DNA from: Acidimicrobiia bacterium
Lineage (GTDB): Bacteria > Actinomycetota > Acidimicrobiia > Spongiisociales > ZC4RG35
Length of the DNA stretch: 64,000 nucleotides
Direction: 5' to 3'
NCBI GenBank assembly: GCA_050742015.1
Contig: JBOGEV010000281.1
Span: 6,141-70,140, forward strand
The notes beneath the pieces were generated by a model. That model was not told the origin of the DNA. It was given only the letters and a program-made list of their open reading frames with translations, and did not search any database. This document shows, piece after piece, positions 34,432 through 43,051 of this stretch. The number at the start of each line of letters is the position of its first letter. Position 1 is the stretch's first letter. Position numbers and translations under genes: made by a program.

Positions 34432-35475
34432 TTGCCAGACCTCGTGTCACCGCGAACCACGCTCAAGGATGTCGCCCGCGAAGCGGGAGTGCACGTTTCC
34501 ACCGCGTCGCGCGCTCTCAACCCGAGGACGGCATCCGTGGTCAACGCCGAGACCGTGGAACGGGTGACGGCGGTGGCCCGGCGGCTGGATTACCGACCGC
34601 ATCCCCTGGCTCGGGGGCTGCGCACCAACCGGACGATGTCGGTGGGGATGGCGATCCCGGACGTCGAGAACCCGCTGTTCGGCCCGATCATCGCCGGCGC
34701 CGAATCGGTGCTGGCCGCGCACAGCTACTCGGTGCTGATCGGCAACGCAGACCAGGGCGAGTTAGATGCCGAAGAGGTCGTATCCAATCTCCTCGAGCAC
34801 CACGTGGACGGCCTCCTCCTGGCCACGGCCACGCGCAGCGATGACTGGATCGCCGAGATGGTGGCCGGCGGCGTGGCGGTGGTCCTGGTCAACAGGTCGT
34901 CGGACGACGGAGTGGTACCCGCGATAGTGGGCGACGATCATGCCGGTATCGGTCTCGCCGTCCGTCATCTGGCAGACCTGGGTCACCAGCACATCGGTCA
35001 TATCGCCGGGCCTTCACAACTGTCCACCGGCCTGCAGCGACAACAGGCGTTCTCTTCCTGGGTGCAGCTCCTCGACCTCGACCCGCAGCCGGAGAAGGTC
35101 GAAGAGGCCACCTGGTTCCAGGTCGAACCGGGATACAAGGCTGCCCTCGACCTTCTCAGTCGCCGCCCCGACATCACGGCCATCGTCGCCGCCAACGATC
35201 TCATCGCCCTGGGTTGCTACCGGGCAGTTCGTTCCCTGGGACTCGAGGTGCCCGGGGACGTATCGGTGACCGGGTACAACGACATCCCTCTCCTCGATCT
35301 CATGCAGCCCGCGGTGACGTCCGTCCGTGTCCCCTATCGTCAGATGGGGACCCAGGGGGCTTCTGCTCTGATTGCCCGGATGCAGGGCGACAGCGACGAG
35401 GCTCCGGCTTCGATCAAGCTGACCCCGACCCTTATGATCCGATCCTCGACGGCGCCACCCCGCACCCTGCGCTGA
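34432..35475 (+). CDS. LacI family transcriptional regulator (LacI-1)
   Basis: ORF of 347 aa. HTH: TLKDVAREAGVHVSTASRALN. The rest is a periplasmic-binding-protein-like sugar-binding fold. GTG 34444 is an alternative start. Confidence 0.9.
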   Translation: MPDLVSPRTTLKDVAREAGVHVSTASRALNPRTASVVNAETVERVTAVARRLDYRPHPLARGLRTNRTMSVGMAIPDVENPLFGPIIAGAESVLAAHSYSVLIGNADQGELDAEEVVSNLLEHHVDGLLLATATRSDDWIAEMVAGGVAVVLVNRSSDDGVVPAIVGDDHAGIGLAVRHLADLGHQHIGHIAGPSQLSTGLQRQQAFSSWVQLLDLDPQPEKVEEATWFQVEPGYKAALDLLSRRPDITAIVAANDLIALGCYRAVRSLGLEVPGDVSVTGYNDIPLLDLMQPAVTSVRVPYRQMGTQGASALIARMQGDSDEAPASIKLTPTLMIRSSTAPPRTLR

Positions 35476-35519
35476 TCCGGGCGGATATCGTCGGCAGCAC
35501 CGATCACGAAGGAGTTGAG

Positions 35520-36428
35520 ATGACGCTCGAGACCGACCAAGTGACCATCACCGAGCCGGTGCCGGGCTCGGAGATCCCGGTCCAGCTCATGTACGTCGAG
35601 ACCTGGGACGGCCTCTACGCCCCTATCGGCCTCAGGATGCCGCCCGGGGACGGGCCCCACCCGCTGGTGCTGCTCGCTTCGGGGAACGGCGGGGGTGGCA
35701 TGCCCTGGATTCGGAAGGCCGTGGCCGAGCGCGGATACATCATGGAACGTCTCCTCGCAGCGGGCTATGCCTGTGCCTGGATTCGCTACCGGAGCGAAGT
35801 CGAGCTGGGCTACGACCTGGGCGGCCCCCTGGTCCGGGACATACGCCAGGGGCGGGACCTGTTCAATCGCTCCCCACTCGAGTACGAGGACGAGATAGCC
35901 GTCATCGATTTTCTGAAGACCCGACCCGAGATCGACCCCGATCGGTTGGGTCTGATCGGGATGAGCCACGGCGGCGAGATGGTCCTCAAGATCACCTCGG
36001 ACTACGACGGCGCTGCCGTGGCCGTGGCAAGCGAACCGGCCTCTCATGAGTTCCTCGCCTTGACGCCGGACGACACCGCTTTCGTCGACCCCGATACCGG
36101 CCTGCGCAACATCGAGGAGATGCAGATGACCGGGACGGAGAAGGTGCGGGCTCGCATAGACCAGACGAAGGCGATGGAGCGGATCGGATCGATCAACACC
36201 CCCATCCTGGTCATGGGTCGAGAGGACGACCACCTGCAGGGCATCTTTCGCACCACGTATGAATTGTTGGCCGAGGCGGGCAAGGACGTGGAATGGGTCT
36301 CATGGGACCATCCGCTGCATGGCTACATCTACCCGGAGCGAGGGGCGGACGGGGACTATCAAGTCGACGACGTCCAGGATGCCGCCATCGACGGAATCAT
36401 CGAGTACCTGGACCGCCATCTGAAGTAG
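35520..36428 (+). CDS. Alpha/beta hydrolase (dienelactone hydrolase / S9 prolyl-oligopeptidase-like)
   Basis: ORF 35214..36428. I placed the start at ATG 35520, after GAAGGAG. It has the nucleophile elbow GMSHGG and the late motifs ...DDHLQ and ...HPLHGY. Confidence 0.75.
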   Translation: MTLETDQVTITEPVPGSEIPVQLMYVETWDGLYAPIGLRMPPGDGPHPLVLLASGNGGGGMPWIRKAVAERGYIMERLLAAGYACAWIRYRSEVELGYDLGGPLVRDIRQGRDLFNRSPLEYEDEIAVIDFLKTRPEIDPDRLGLIGMSHGGEMVLKITSDYDGAAVAVASEPASHEFLALTPDDTAFVDPDTGLRNIEEMQMTGTEKVRARIDQTKAMERIGSINTPILVMGREDDHLQGIFRTTYELLAEAGKDVEWVSWDHPLHGYIYPERGADGDYQVDDVQDAAIDGIIEYLDRHLK

Positions 36429-38694
36429 ACGCTGCAGCTTGGAGGGCGGCCCACACCGTGGCTGGGCGCAGGGGCATGTCGAGGTGACTCACACCGTGGG
36501 GGGCGAGGGCATCGAGGACCGCGTTGACGATGGCCGGCGGAGCGCCGATACAACCTGCCTCCCCGGTGCCCTTGGCCCCGAGCGGATTCGACGGGGCCGG
36601 GTGCACCAGTCGGCCGGTGGCGATCGGAGGGATGTCCCCGGCCCGGGGCAACTCATAGTCCATGAGGGTCGCGGTGCGAAGCTGACCGTCGTCCGAGTAC
36701 TCGATTTTCTCGTACAACGCCTGTCCGATCCCCTGGACCAGCGAGCCGTGGATCTGTCCCTCCACCAACATCGGGTTGAGGACATTTCCGCAATCGTCGA
36801 CAGCCACCAGCTTTCGGAGCCGAACCTCTCCGGTCTCGAGCTCCACCTCGACGACGGCGGCATGGACGCCGTAGGGAAAGGTCTGTGCCCCGGGGACGTA
36901 CCACTCGTCCGCTGCCAGATCGACCCCGCTCTCCCGGGCAGCGGCGGCGACCTCGGGCCAGGTGAGCCCCGAATCTGGAACTCCGGCGACGGAGAACACG
37001 CCGTCTTCGAGGACGATGTCGTGGACCGAGGCCTCGAGAGCCTCGGCCGCCACTTCCAACGCTCGCTCCCTGACCTCATGGGCGGTGCGCCAGATGGCGG
37101 CCGCCCCGATCTGTGTGGAACGACTGGCCGAGGTCCCGGTCCCGCGCTCGACTAGGTCGGTGTCGCCCGCGACGAAGACGATGTCGGCGATGGGCACAGC
37201 CAGTGCCTCCGCCGCCACCTGGGCCCACACCGTCTCGTGACCCTGTCCCGCCGAGGTGGAACCGGTTCGAACCGTGACCCGTCCTTCCGCGTCGACCTCC
37301 ACCCGCCCGTACTCACCGGTGTCCACCCCGCCCCCGGCCCGCTCGATGAAAGCGCCGAAGCCGACTCCGATCGGGTTCCCGCTCGCAGCCAGTCGCTCCT
37401 GCTGCTCGGCGCGCACCTCATCCACCCCGACCAGTTCGACAGCCAGACGCAGCGCCGACGCATAGTCGCCCGAGTCGTAGAGGGCCCCGGTGGGAGTGCG
37501 GAATGGAAAGACGTCCGAAGGTATGAAGTTGGCCAGTCGTACCTGATTCGATTCGAGTCCGGCTGCCCGGGCATAGGCATCGATCGCCCGTTCCAGCCCG
37601 TATGCCGCCTCGGGTCGCCCGGCGCCGCGGTAGGAGCCGGTCGGGGCCCGATTGCTCACCACCGACGTGCTGGTGACCCAGAGATCGGCGATGTCATAGG
37701 GACCGGTGGCGAGATAGCGGGAGAACGAAGGGACGGCAGTCCCGTTGTGGGGGTAGGCCCCGACGTTGGCGACGATGTGGACCTCGGCCCGCTCGATCCG
37801 CCCGTCGGCCCGGCCGGCAAGCCGGACCCGATGGGTCGAGCCCCTCCCATGGGTACCACCGCTCATGTGCTCCCGACGACGTTCCACCCAGATGATCGGT
37901 CTGTCCAGCTCGAGGGCCAGGGCAGCCACCACCGTGTGCTCGGGATAGGTCATACCCTTCATCCCGAAGGCACCCCCGACGTCGGGCACGACCACTCTCA
38001 ACTTGCCTTGGTCGATATCGAGCAGCCGGGTCAGCTTGGCCCTCAGCTCGTGCGGCCGCTGATGGCCGATGTGAACGGTGAGACGGCCGTCGTCGCCGGG
38101 CTCGGCCAGGATCGCAAGAGGCTCGATGGCAGTCGGGGCCAGCCGCTGGTTCTCGACCTCGACCTCCACCGAGACCTCGTGCTCGGCCATGTCCAACGGG
38201 TCGCCGAGTTCCCATCTCTCCACGACATTGGTGCCTGCCATCTCGTGGATGACTGTCGTCCCGTCCAGAGCGTCCTCGGCATCGATCACTACCGGCAGAG
38301 GCTCGTATTCGACCCAAACGCGCTCCGCGGCATCGGCCGCCAACTCCACCGAATCGGCGAGCACCACGGCGATCGGCTCGCCCATGTAACGGACCCGGTC
38401 GACAGCCAGATGCGGACGGGGGAAGTCGGGCGCCTTCACCGCAATGCCGTCGCCTGGTATGTCGGGAAGACCCAGGTCGGCGCCGGTGAAGACACCGACC
38501 ACCCCGGGCGATTCCCTTGCCTCGGAGACATCGATGCCGCCGATGTAGGCGTGAGCCTCGATGCTGCGGACGAACACCGCATGCAGCGCGTCCTCTGGGG
38601 CGAGGTCGGCAACGTACCGCCCTGTGCCGGTCACAAATCGGCGATCCTCCACCCGATGGCGGGACTGCGGCGGGAACGGTTCCAGGTCGGTCAT
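36397..38694 (-). CDS. Xanthine dehydrogenase/aldehyde oxidase family molybdopterin-binding large subunit (CoxL form-II-like)
   Basis: ORF of 765 aa. It has RVEDRRFVTGTGRYVADL, the GSYRGAGRPEA motif and GAKGTGEAGCIGAPPAI. Its 3' end overlaps the convergent hydrolase gene by 32 nt. Confidence 0.9.
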   Translation of the reverse strand: MTDLEPFPPQSRHRVEDRRFVTGTGRYVADLAPEDALHAVFVRSIEAHAYIGGIDVSEARESPGVVGVFTGADLGLPDIPGDGIAVKAPDFPRPHLAVDRVRYMGEPIAVVLADSVELAADAAERVWVEYEPLPVVIDAEDALDGTTVIHEMAGTNVVERWELGDPLDMAEHEVSVEVEVENQRLAPTAIEPLAILAEPGDDGRLTVHIGHQRPHELRAKLTRLLDIDQGKLRVVVPDVGGAFGMKGMTYPEHTVVAALALELDRPIIWVERRREHMSGGTHGRGSTHRVRLAGRADGRIERAEVHIVANVGAYPHNGTAVPSFSRYLATGPYDIADLWVTSTSVVSNRAPTGSYRGAGRPEAAYGLERAIDAYARAAGLESNQVRLANFIPSDVFPFRTPTGALYDSGDYASALRLAVELVGVDEVRAEQQERLAASGNPIGVGFGAFIERAGGGVDTGEYGRVEVDAEGRVTVRTGSTSAGQGHETVWAQVAAEALAVPIADIVFVAGDTDLVERGTGTSASRSTQIGAAAIWRTAHEVRERALEVAAEALEASVHDIVLEDGVFSVAGVPDSGLTWPEVAAAARESGVDLAADEWYVPGAQTFPYGVHAAVVEVELETGEVRLRKLVAVDDCGNVLNPMLVEGQIHGSLVQGIGQALYEKIEYSDDGQLRTATLMDYELPRAGDIPPIATGRLVHPAPSNPLGAKGTGEAGCIGAPPAIVNAVLDALAPHGVSHLDMPLRPATVWAALQAAASTSDGGPGTR

Positions 38695-38740
38695 CGGGGG
38701 GGCATGGTTGCAGTGCGGGGTTGGTAGGGCGTATTGCTCC

Positions 38741-38752
38741 GCAAACGATTGC
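38741..38752. promoter_or_regulatory. LacI-type operator candidate GCAAACGATTGC
   Basis: Lies in the 78-bp divergent gap between the Mo-hydroxylase gene (start 38694, -) and the operon starting at 38773 (+). Confidence 0.6.
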
Positions 38753-38772
38753 CACCCTAGACTCCGCCGACG

Positions 38773-39759
38773 GTGGACACACGGCAGTCACGGCCCACTC
38801 TGGCGGTCCTCGGCACCCGCTTCGACGACTTCGAAGTCGAGCGTCGGGTGATCGGGGATGTCGACATCGTGTCCGGTCCGGGCCGGGACCAGGCCGAAGT
38901 GCTGCAGATCGCCTCCGGCTGCGATGTGATCCTGGCCGGGGCCGTCCCGATATTCGACACCATCACCCTCGAGCAGCTCGGTTGCCGGGGGATCGTCCGC
39001 CTCGGCGTCGGGGTGGAGACCATCGACCTCGACGCTGCGGAGCGGCTAGGGATGTGGGTGTGTCACGTCCCGGACTACGGAACGGAAGCGGTGGCCATCC
39101 ATACCGTGAGCCTGGTCCTCGCCTCGATACGACGGATCCCTATGTCGGACCGCCGCATTCGCACCGCCACCTGGGGATTGGGCGGGCTCCGTCCGCTCCA
39201 TCTCCCGGGAAGCCTGACGGTGGGTTTGGTCGGGTATGGCCGCATCGGCCGAAGGGTGGGGCAACTGCTGAGCGGCCTCGGCTTCGGCCCGATCCTGGTC
39301 GCCGACCCATTTCTCGGCCCCGAGGCCGACCTGGAGCCGGGTTGTGAGCTGGTTGGGCTCGAGCCGCTTCTGGCCGCCTCCGATATTGTCTCCCTGCACA
39401 CCCCGCCTGCCGGCGACGGGCCTTTGATCGGAGCCGCACAGTTGTCGCTGATGAAACCCGGCGCCGTCCTGATCAACACCGCCCGGGGGGCCCTGGTCGA
39501 CACCGGTGCACTCATCGACGCCCTGGCCGGCGGCGCCCCTGCGGTGGCGGCACTCGATGTCTTCCAACCCGAGCCACCCGACATGGCCGTCTTCGAAACG
39601 GTTTCCGATTCGGTGATCCTGACCCCGCACATGGCCTGGTACACCGAGGAGTCCGAGCTCGAGCTGCGGCAGAAGGGAGCAGCGGAGGCGAAGCGGATCA
39701 TCGAAGGCAGCACCCCTCTCCATCCGGTCGCCTCCCCCCGCCTGGAGCCGACCCGGTGA
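38773..39759 (+). CDS. D-isomer-specific 2-hydroxyacid dehydrogenase family protein
   Basis: ORF of 328 aa, GTG start. It has GLVGYGRIGRRVG (NAD binding), INTARGALVD and TPHMAWYT. Confidence 0.85.
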   Translation: MDTRQSRPTLAVLGTRFDDFEVERRVIGDVDIVSGPGRDQAEVLQIASGCDVILAGAVPIFDTITLEQLGCRGIVRLGVGVETIDLDAAERLGMWVCHVPDYGTEAVAIHTVSLVLASIRRIPMSDRRIRTATWGLGGLRPLHLPGSLTVGLVGYGRIGRRVGQLLSGLGFGPILVADPFLGPEADLEPGCELVGLEPLLAASDIVSLHTPPAGDGPLIGAAQLSLMKPGAVLINTARGALVDTGALIDALAGGAPAVAALDVFQPEPPDMAVFETVSDSVILTPHMAWYTEESELELRQKGAAEAKRIIEGSTPLHPVASPRLEPTR

Positions 39760-40514
39760 GCCGATCCATCTCCGACCTCACCGCCCCCGATGTCGCCGAG
39801 ATGATCTCTGAACGCGGGGTTGTGGTGATGCCTTTCGGGAGCATCGAGCAACACGGGCCCCATCTGCCATGCGGGACCGACATCATGGCCGCAGACCTGG
39901 TCACCATGGCCCTGGCCGACCGGCTGGCCGCCCTGATCGCGCCGGCCGGCCCTTACGGGGTCACACCCATCCACGCCGGGCACCCGGGAACGATCTCCCT
40001 GTCACGGGAGGTCTTCGAGGCATACGTGTCCAATGTGTGCGACGAGCTGGTCGGGCAGGGAGTGCGGGCCTTTGTGTTCGTCAACTGGCACGAGGGCAAC
40101 ATCGCCTCCCTCGATGCCGTCGCCACCGACGTCCAGAATCGCCATGGCGTGGTCGTGATCACCGCTCAGGCCTGTTACACCGCCCAACGGATCTATGCCG
40201 ACAAGGGCGGGGAATTGACCCATGGCGGAGGGATCGAGACACTCGCCGTGCTCGCCTCCGACCCGTCCCTGGCCCGCCTCGACCGGGTGACCGAGCCGAC
40301 CCGCCCCGAAGGGGCCGATGAGCTCGACGCCATGCGGCGATCGCGCGAGGTGTATGGCTACATCACCGATGTCACCGAGATCGCCGACGACGGCTGGTAC
40401 GGCAACCCCGGTTGGGCGAGCCAGGAGGAGGCAGACACTTTCGCCGAGCTTGTCGCCCAAGAGATCGAATATGCCGTCGAATCGATCCTGGCCATACGAA
40501 GGAGGGAACCTTGA
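39756..40514 (+). CDS. Creatininase-family amidohydrolase (paralogue 1)
   Basis: ORF of 252 aa. It has PFGSIEQHGPHLPCGTD and FVNWHEGN. It overlaps the upstream gene by 4 nt. Confidence 0.85.
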   Translation: MSRSISDLTAPDVAEMISERGVVVMPFGSIEQHGPHLPCGTDIMAADLVTMALADRLAALIAPAGPYGVTPIHAGHPGTISLSREVFEAYVSNVCDELVGQGVRAFVFVNWHEGNIASLDAVATDVQNRHGVVVITAQACYTAQRIYADKGGELTHGGGIETLAVLASDPSLARLDRVTEPTRPEGADELDAMRRSREVYGYITDVTEIADDGWYGNPGWASQEEADTFAELVAQEIEYAVESILAIRRREP

Positions 40515-40900
40515 CCGTGGTCCACGGTGATGAAATCGTCTATCAGGACCGTCCCACCCGACGTTCCGCCGACCCGTTCGCGGCGCCGGGACCGGGCGCA
40601 GCCAGCGCCCGTCAGGTGTTGCTGGACTACGTCCCGCGGCGGACCGCCCATATCCACCCTCACAGCGAGGAGGTCTACTACGTGATCCGGGGACACGGCG
40701 AGATTTGGGTCGATGGGGCGCGGCATCGGGTCCAAGCCGGAACGTGGGTTCGAATCCCGGCCCGGGCTCCACACGCCACCATGGCGGCCCCCGGTGAGCA
40801 GATGGAGCTCATCTGCTTTTTCCCTCACCCCGACCTCGAGGAGAACATCGAAGAACTGGACCTCGCCCTCGACGCACCTGGGGAGACCGAAGATGAATGA
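40511..40900 (+). CDS. Cupin domain protein
   Basis: ORF 40412..40900. I placed the start at TTG 40511, after GGAGGGA. It has HIHPHSEEVYYVIRGHGEIWVDG....IPARAPH cupin motifs. Confidence 0.75.
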   Translation: MTVVHGDEIVYQDRPTRRSADPFAAPGPGAASARQVLLDYVPRRTAHIHPHSEEVYYVIRGHGEIWVDGARHRVQAGTWVRIPARAPHATMAAPGEQMELICFFPHPDLEENIEELDLALDAPGETEDE

Positions 40901-41951
40901 TGTCGTCCGTTTGGCACCTATCGGGCTCGGTCGCTGGGCCCGGGTCCTTGCCCGCGGCGCCGGTCGGGGCACGCTCATCGAGCTGACGAGCTGCTTCTCC
41001 AGGTCCGCCGACTCCCGATCGGCCTTCCAGGAGGAATTCGGCATTGCCAGGTCGGCGAGCTCTCTCGACGAACTGCTCGCCGACCCCGAGATCGAAGGCG
41101 TCCTGGTCACGACCCCGAACGACACCCACAAGCAGGTGATCCTCGAGTGCCTGGACGCAGGTAAGGCGGTGTACACCGACAAGCCGATCGCCCACACGAT
41201 GGAGGATGCCGGAGAGATTGCCCGGGCCGCTGCCACGGCCGGGGTCCCCTTCGCCGTGGGTCACAGCGCACGGCGTCTCGGGGGTCATCGCGCAATGAGG
41301 GCTTGGCTCGACGAGGGGCGGATCGGCTCGGTGTCACTGGCAGAGGCCAATTTCTCCAACGAGAGGGGTCTCGAGCTCACCACCGACACCTGGAGGTTCT
41401 TCGCCGACAAGAGCCCGGGAGGGGCGCTGATCCAACTCGGCGTCCACCATGCCGACAATCTCCAGTACCTGCTCGGCCCGGTGGCCTCGGTCACCAGCCA
41501 TGCCCGCAAGCTCTACACCAACGCCGAGGTACCGGATGCGATCATGTCGATCCTCGAGTTCGAGTCCGGCCCGCTGGGCTACCTGGGCACGGGTTGGGCT
41601 TCGCCCGGGGTCTATCAGCTTCGTCTCCAGGGCACCGAGGCCAACCTGTTCTACGACCTGGACTTCAACAACTGGGACCAATCCCATCTGGTCGACGCGA
41701 AGAGCAGCCTGGTCAGCCAGGCCTACCGGCAGTCGGTGAGATCCCCGGTGGAGATCCCGAAGACTGACATGTTCCGGGAGCAGCTCGACGAGTTCGCACG
41801 TGCCATCAGGGGCCAGGATGAGATCGAAGTGGGGGCCGAAGAAGCGATACGAGCCCTGGCCGTGGTCCACGCCGCCCTCGAGTCGTCACGCCGCGGGGGT
41901 GCCGCCGTCGAACTGGCGCCGATGCTCGAAATGGCCGGGGCGCTCGGATGA
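40893..41951 (+). CDS. Gfo/Idh/MocA family oxidoreductase
   Basis: ORF 40713..41951; the start is ATG 40893 (MNDVVRLAPIGLGRWA). It has VLVTTPNDTHKQV and VYTDKPIA. Confidence 0.85.
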   Translation: MNDVVRLAPIGLGRWARVLARGAGRGTLIELTSCFSRSADSRSAFQEEFGIARSASSLDELLADPEIEGVLVTTPNDTHKQVILECLDAGKAVYTDKPIAHTMEDAGEIARAAATAGVPFAVGHSARRLGGHRAMRAWLDEGRIGSVSLAEANFSNERGLELTTDTWRFFADKSPGGALIQLGVHHADNLQYLLGPVASVTSHARKLYTNAEVPDAIMSILEFESGPLGYLGTGWASPGVYQLRLQGTEANLFYDLDFNNWDQSHLVDAKSSLVSQAYRQSVRSPVEIPKTDMFREQLDEFARAIRGQDEIEVGAEEAIRALAVVHAALESSRRGGAAVELAPMLEMAGALG

Positions 41952-43051
41952 GGGTCGACCCGGAAACGACCCGGACCCTGCACCACGCCGACCCCGAGGT
42001 CCAGGAGGTGCTCGACATCTGGATGGCCCGTTTTCTGGGCAGCCAGATCCCGTTGGGCGACATCACATCCACCCTCGACCGGATTGGCACCTGGCCCGAA
42101 TGGGGCCAGGAGTGGATGGCCACCGCCGCGGTCCACGAGGGGCTGGCCGAGGCGGCGTGGGACGAGGGGCGGCGGCTGTCGGCCGTGCCGGCGTTCCTGA
42201 CGGCCGCCCGTTGCTACCACATGGCCTACTTCCTCACCGTCCACGACGAGGACCTGCACCGCCGTGGCCTCGCCAAGATGGTCGAATGCCACGACCGCGT
42301 GCTGGAGCACCAAGAGCCCCCGGTGGAGAAGATCACGGTCCCTTTCCCCGACGGTGACCTGGCCGGGCTCCTCAGTGTCCCCAAGACCGAGACGCCGCCC
42401 CCTGTGGTGATCCTCCTTCCCGGGCTCGACTCGACGAAGGAGACCCGCCACGGTGGTCGGGGCTCCCTGATGAAGCGGGGCATGGCGGTTCTCAGCCTCG
42501 ATGGCCCGGGACAAGGCGAGGTCAGCCTTCGCTTGCCCATCCGCCACGACTACGAGGTGGTGATCGCCGCCGCAATCGACGAGCTCGAGCGACGGGCCGA
42601 CGTCGACGCCACCCGGGTGGGGCTGATCGGAGCCAGTCTCGGCGGGTACTACGCCTGCCGGGCTGCCGCATTCGAGCCCCGGGTGAGAGCTGCGGTGGCC
42701 AACTGCGGGCCGTACGAGTGGGGTGAGATCTATGACGAGCTACCCGGAGTCACCCGCGGGGCCTTTCGTCACTACTCGTGGTCGAAGAGTGAGGAGGAGG
42801 CCAGGGAACGCGCCGCCCTGCTCGATCTGACCGGTGTGGCGGAACGGATAACCGCGCCCCTGGTGGTGGTGCACGGGATGCTCGATCCACTGATCCCGGT
42901 CGACCATGCCCGGCGTATCGCCGCCGAGGCGGCAGACGCCACCCTCATCGAAATCGAGGACGGGACCCACGGTGGCGGCAACCTGTCATACACCTTCGAG
43001 CCGTGGGTGGAGGACTGGATGGCGCAGCACCTCGGGGGAAGGGTCGCCTGA
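41948..43051 (+). CDS. Alpha/beta hydrolase, FrsA / 2,6-dihydroxypseudooxynicotine-hydrolase-like (paralogue 1)
   Basis: ORF of 367 aa. It has a helical N-terminal cap (WGQEWMATAAVHEGLAEAAWDEG...YHMAYF), the nucleophile elbow GASLGG, and HGMLDP...DGTHG. Confidence 0.75.
   Translation: MRVDPETTRTLHHADPEVQEVLDIWMARFLGSQIPLGDITSTLDRIGTWPEWGQEWMATAAVHEGLAEAAWDEGRRLSAVPAFLTAARCYHMAYFLTVHDEDLHRRGLAKMVECHDRVLEHQEPPVEKITVPFPDGDLAGLLSVPKTETPPPVVILLPGLDSTKETRHGGRGSLMKRGMAVLSLDGPGQGEVSLRLPIRHDYEVVIAAAIDELERRADVDATRVGLIGASLGGYYACRAAAFEPRVRAAVANCGPYEWGEIYDELPGVTRGAFRHYSWSKSEEEARERAALLDLTGVAERITAPLVVVHGMLDPLIPVDHARRIAAEAADATLIEIEDGTHGGGNLSYTFEPWVEDWMAQHLGGRVA

Noticed and set aside
35214-35519. N-terminal 102-codon extension of the alpha/beta hydrolase ORF. 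Similar upstream extensions:
- 4756-4968 (cyclase)
- 28541-28762 (kinase)
- 21226-21438 (MBL)
- 40412-40510 (cupin)
- 40713-40892 (Gfo/Idh/MocA)
- 43003-43050 (CocE)
- 48687-48833 (amidohydrolase)
   Set aside because: These extensions overlap the preceding gene or lack family similarity. The internal starts have Shine-Dalgarno sequences or stop/start overlaps and give family-typical N-termini.
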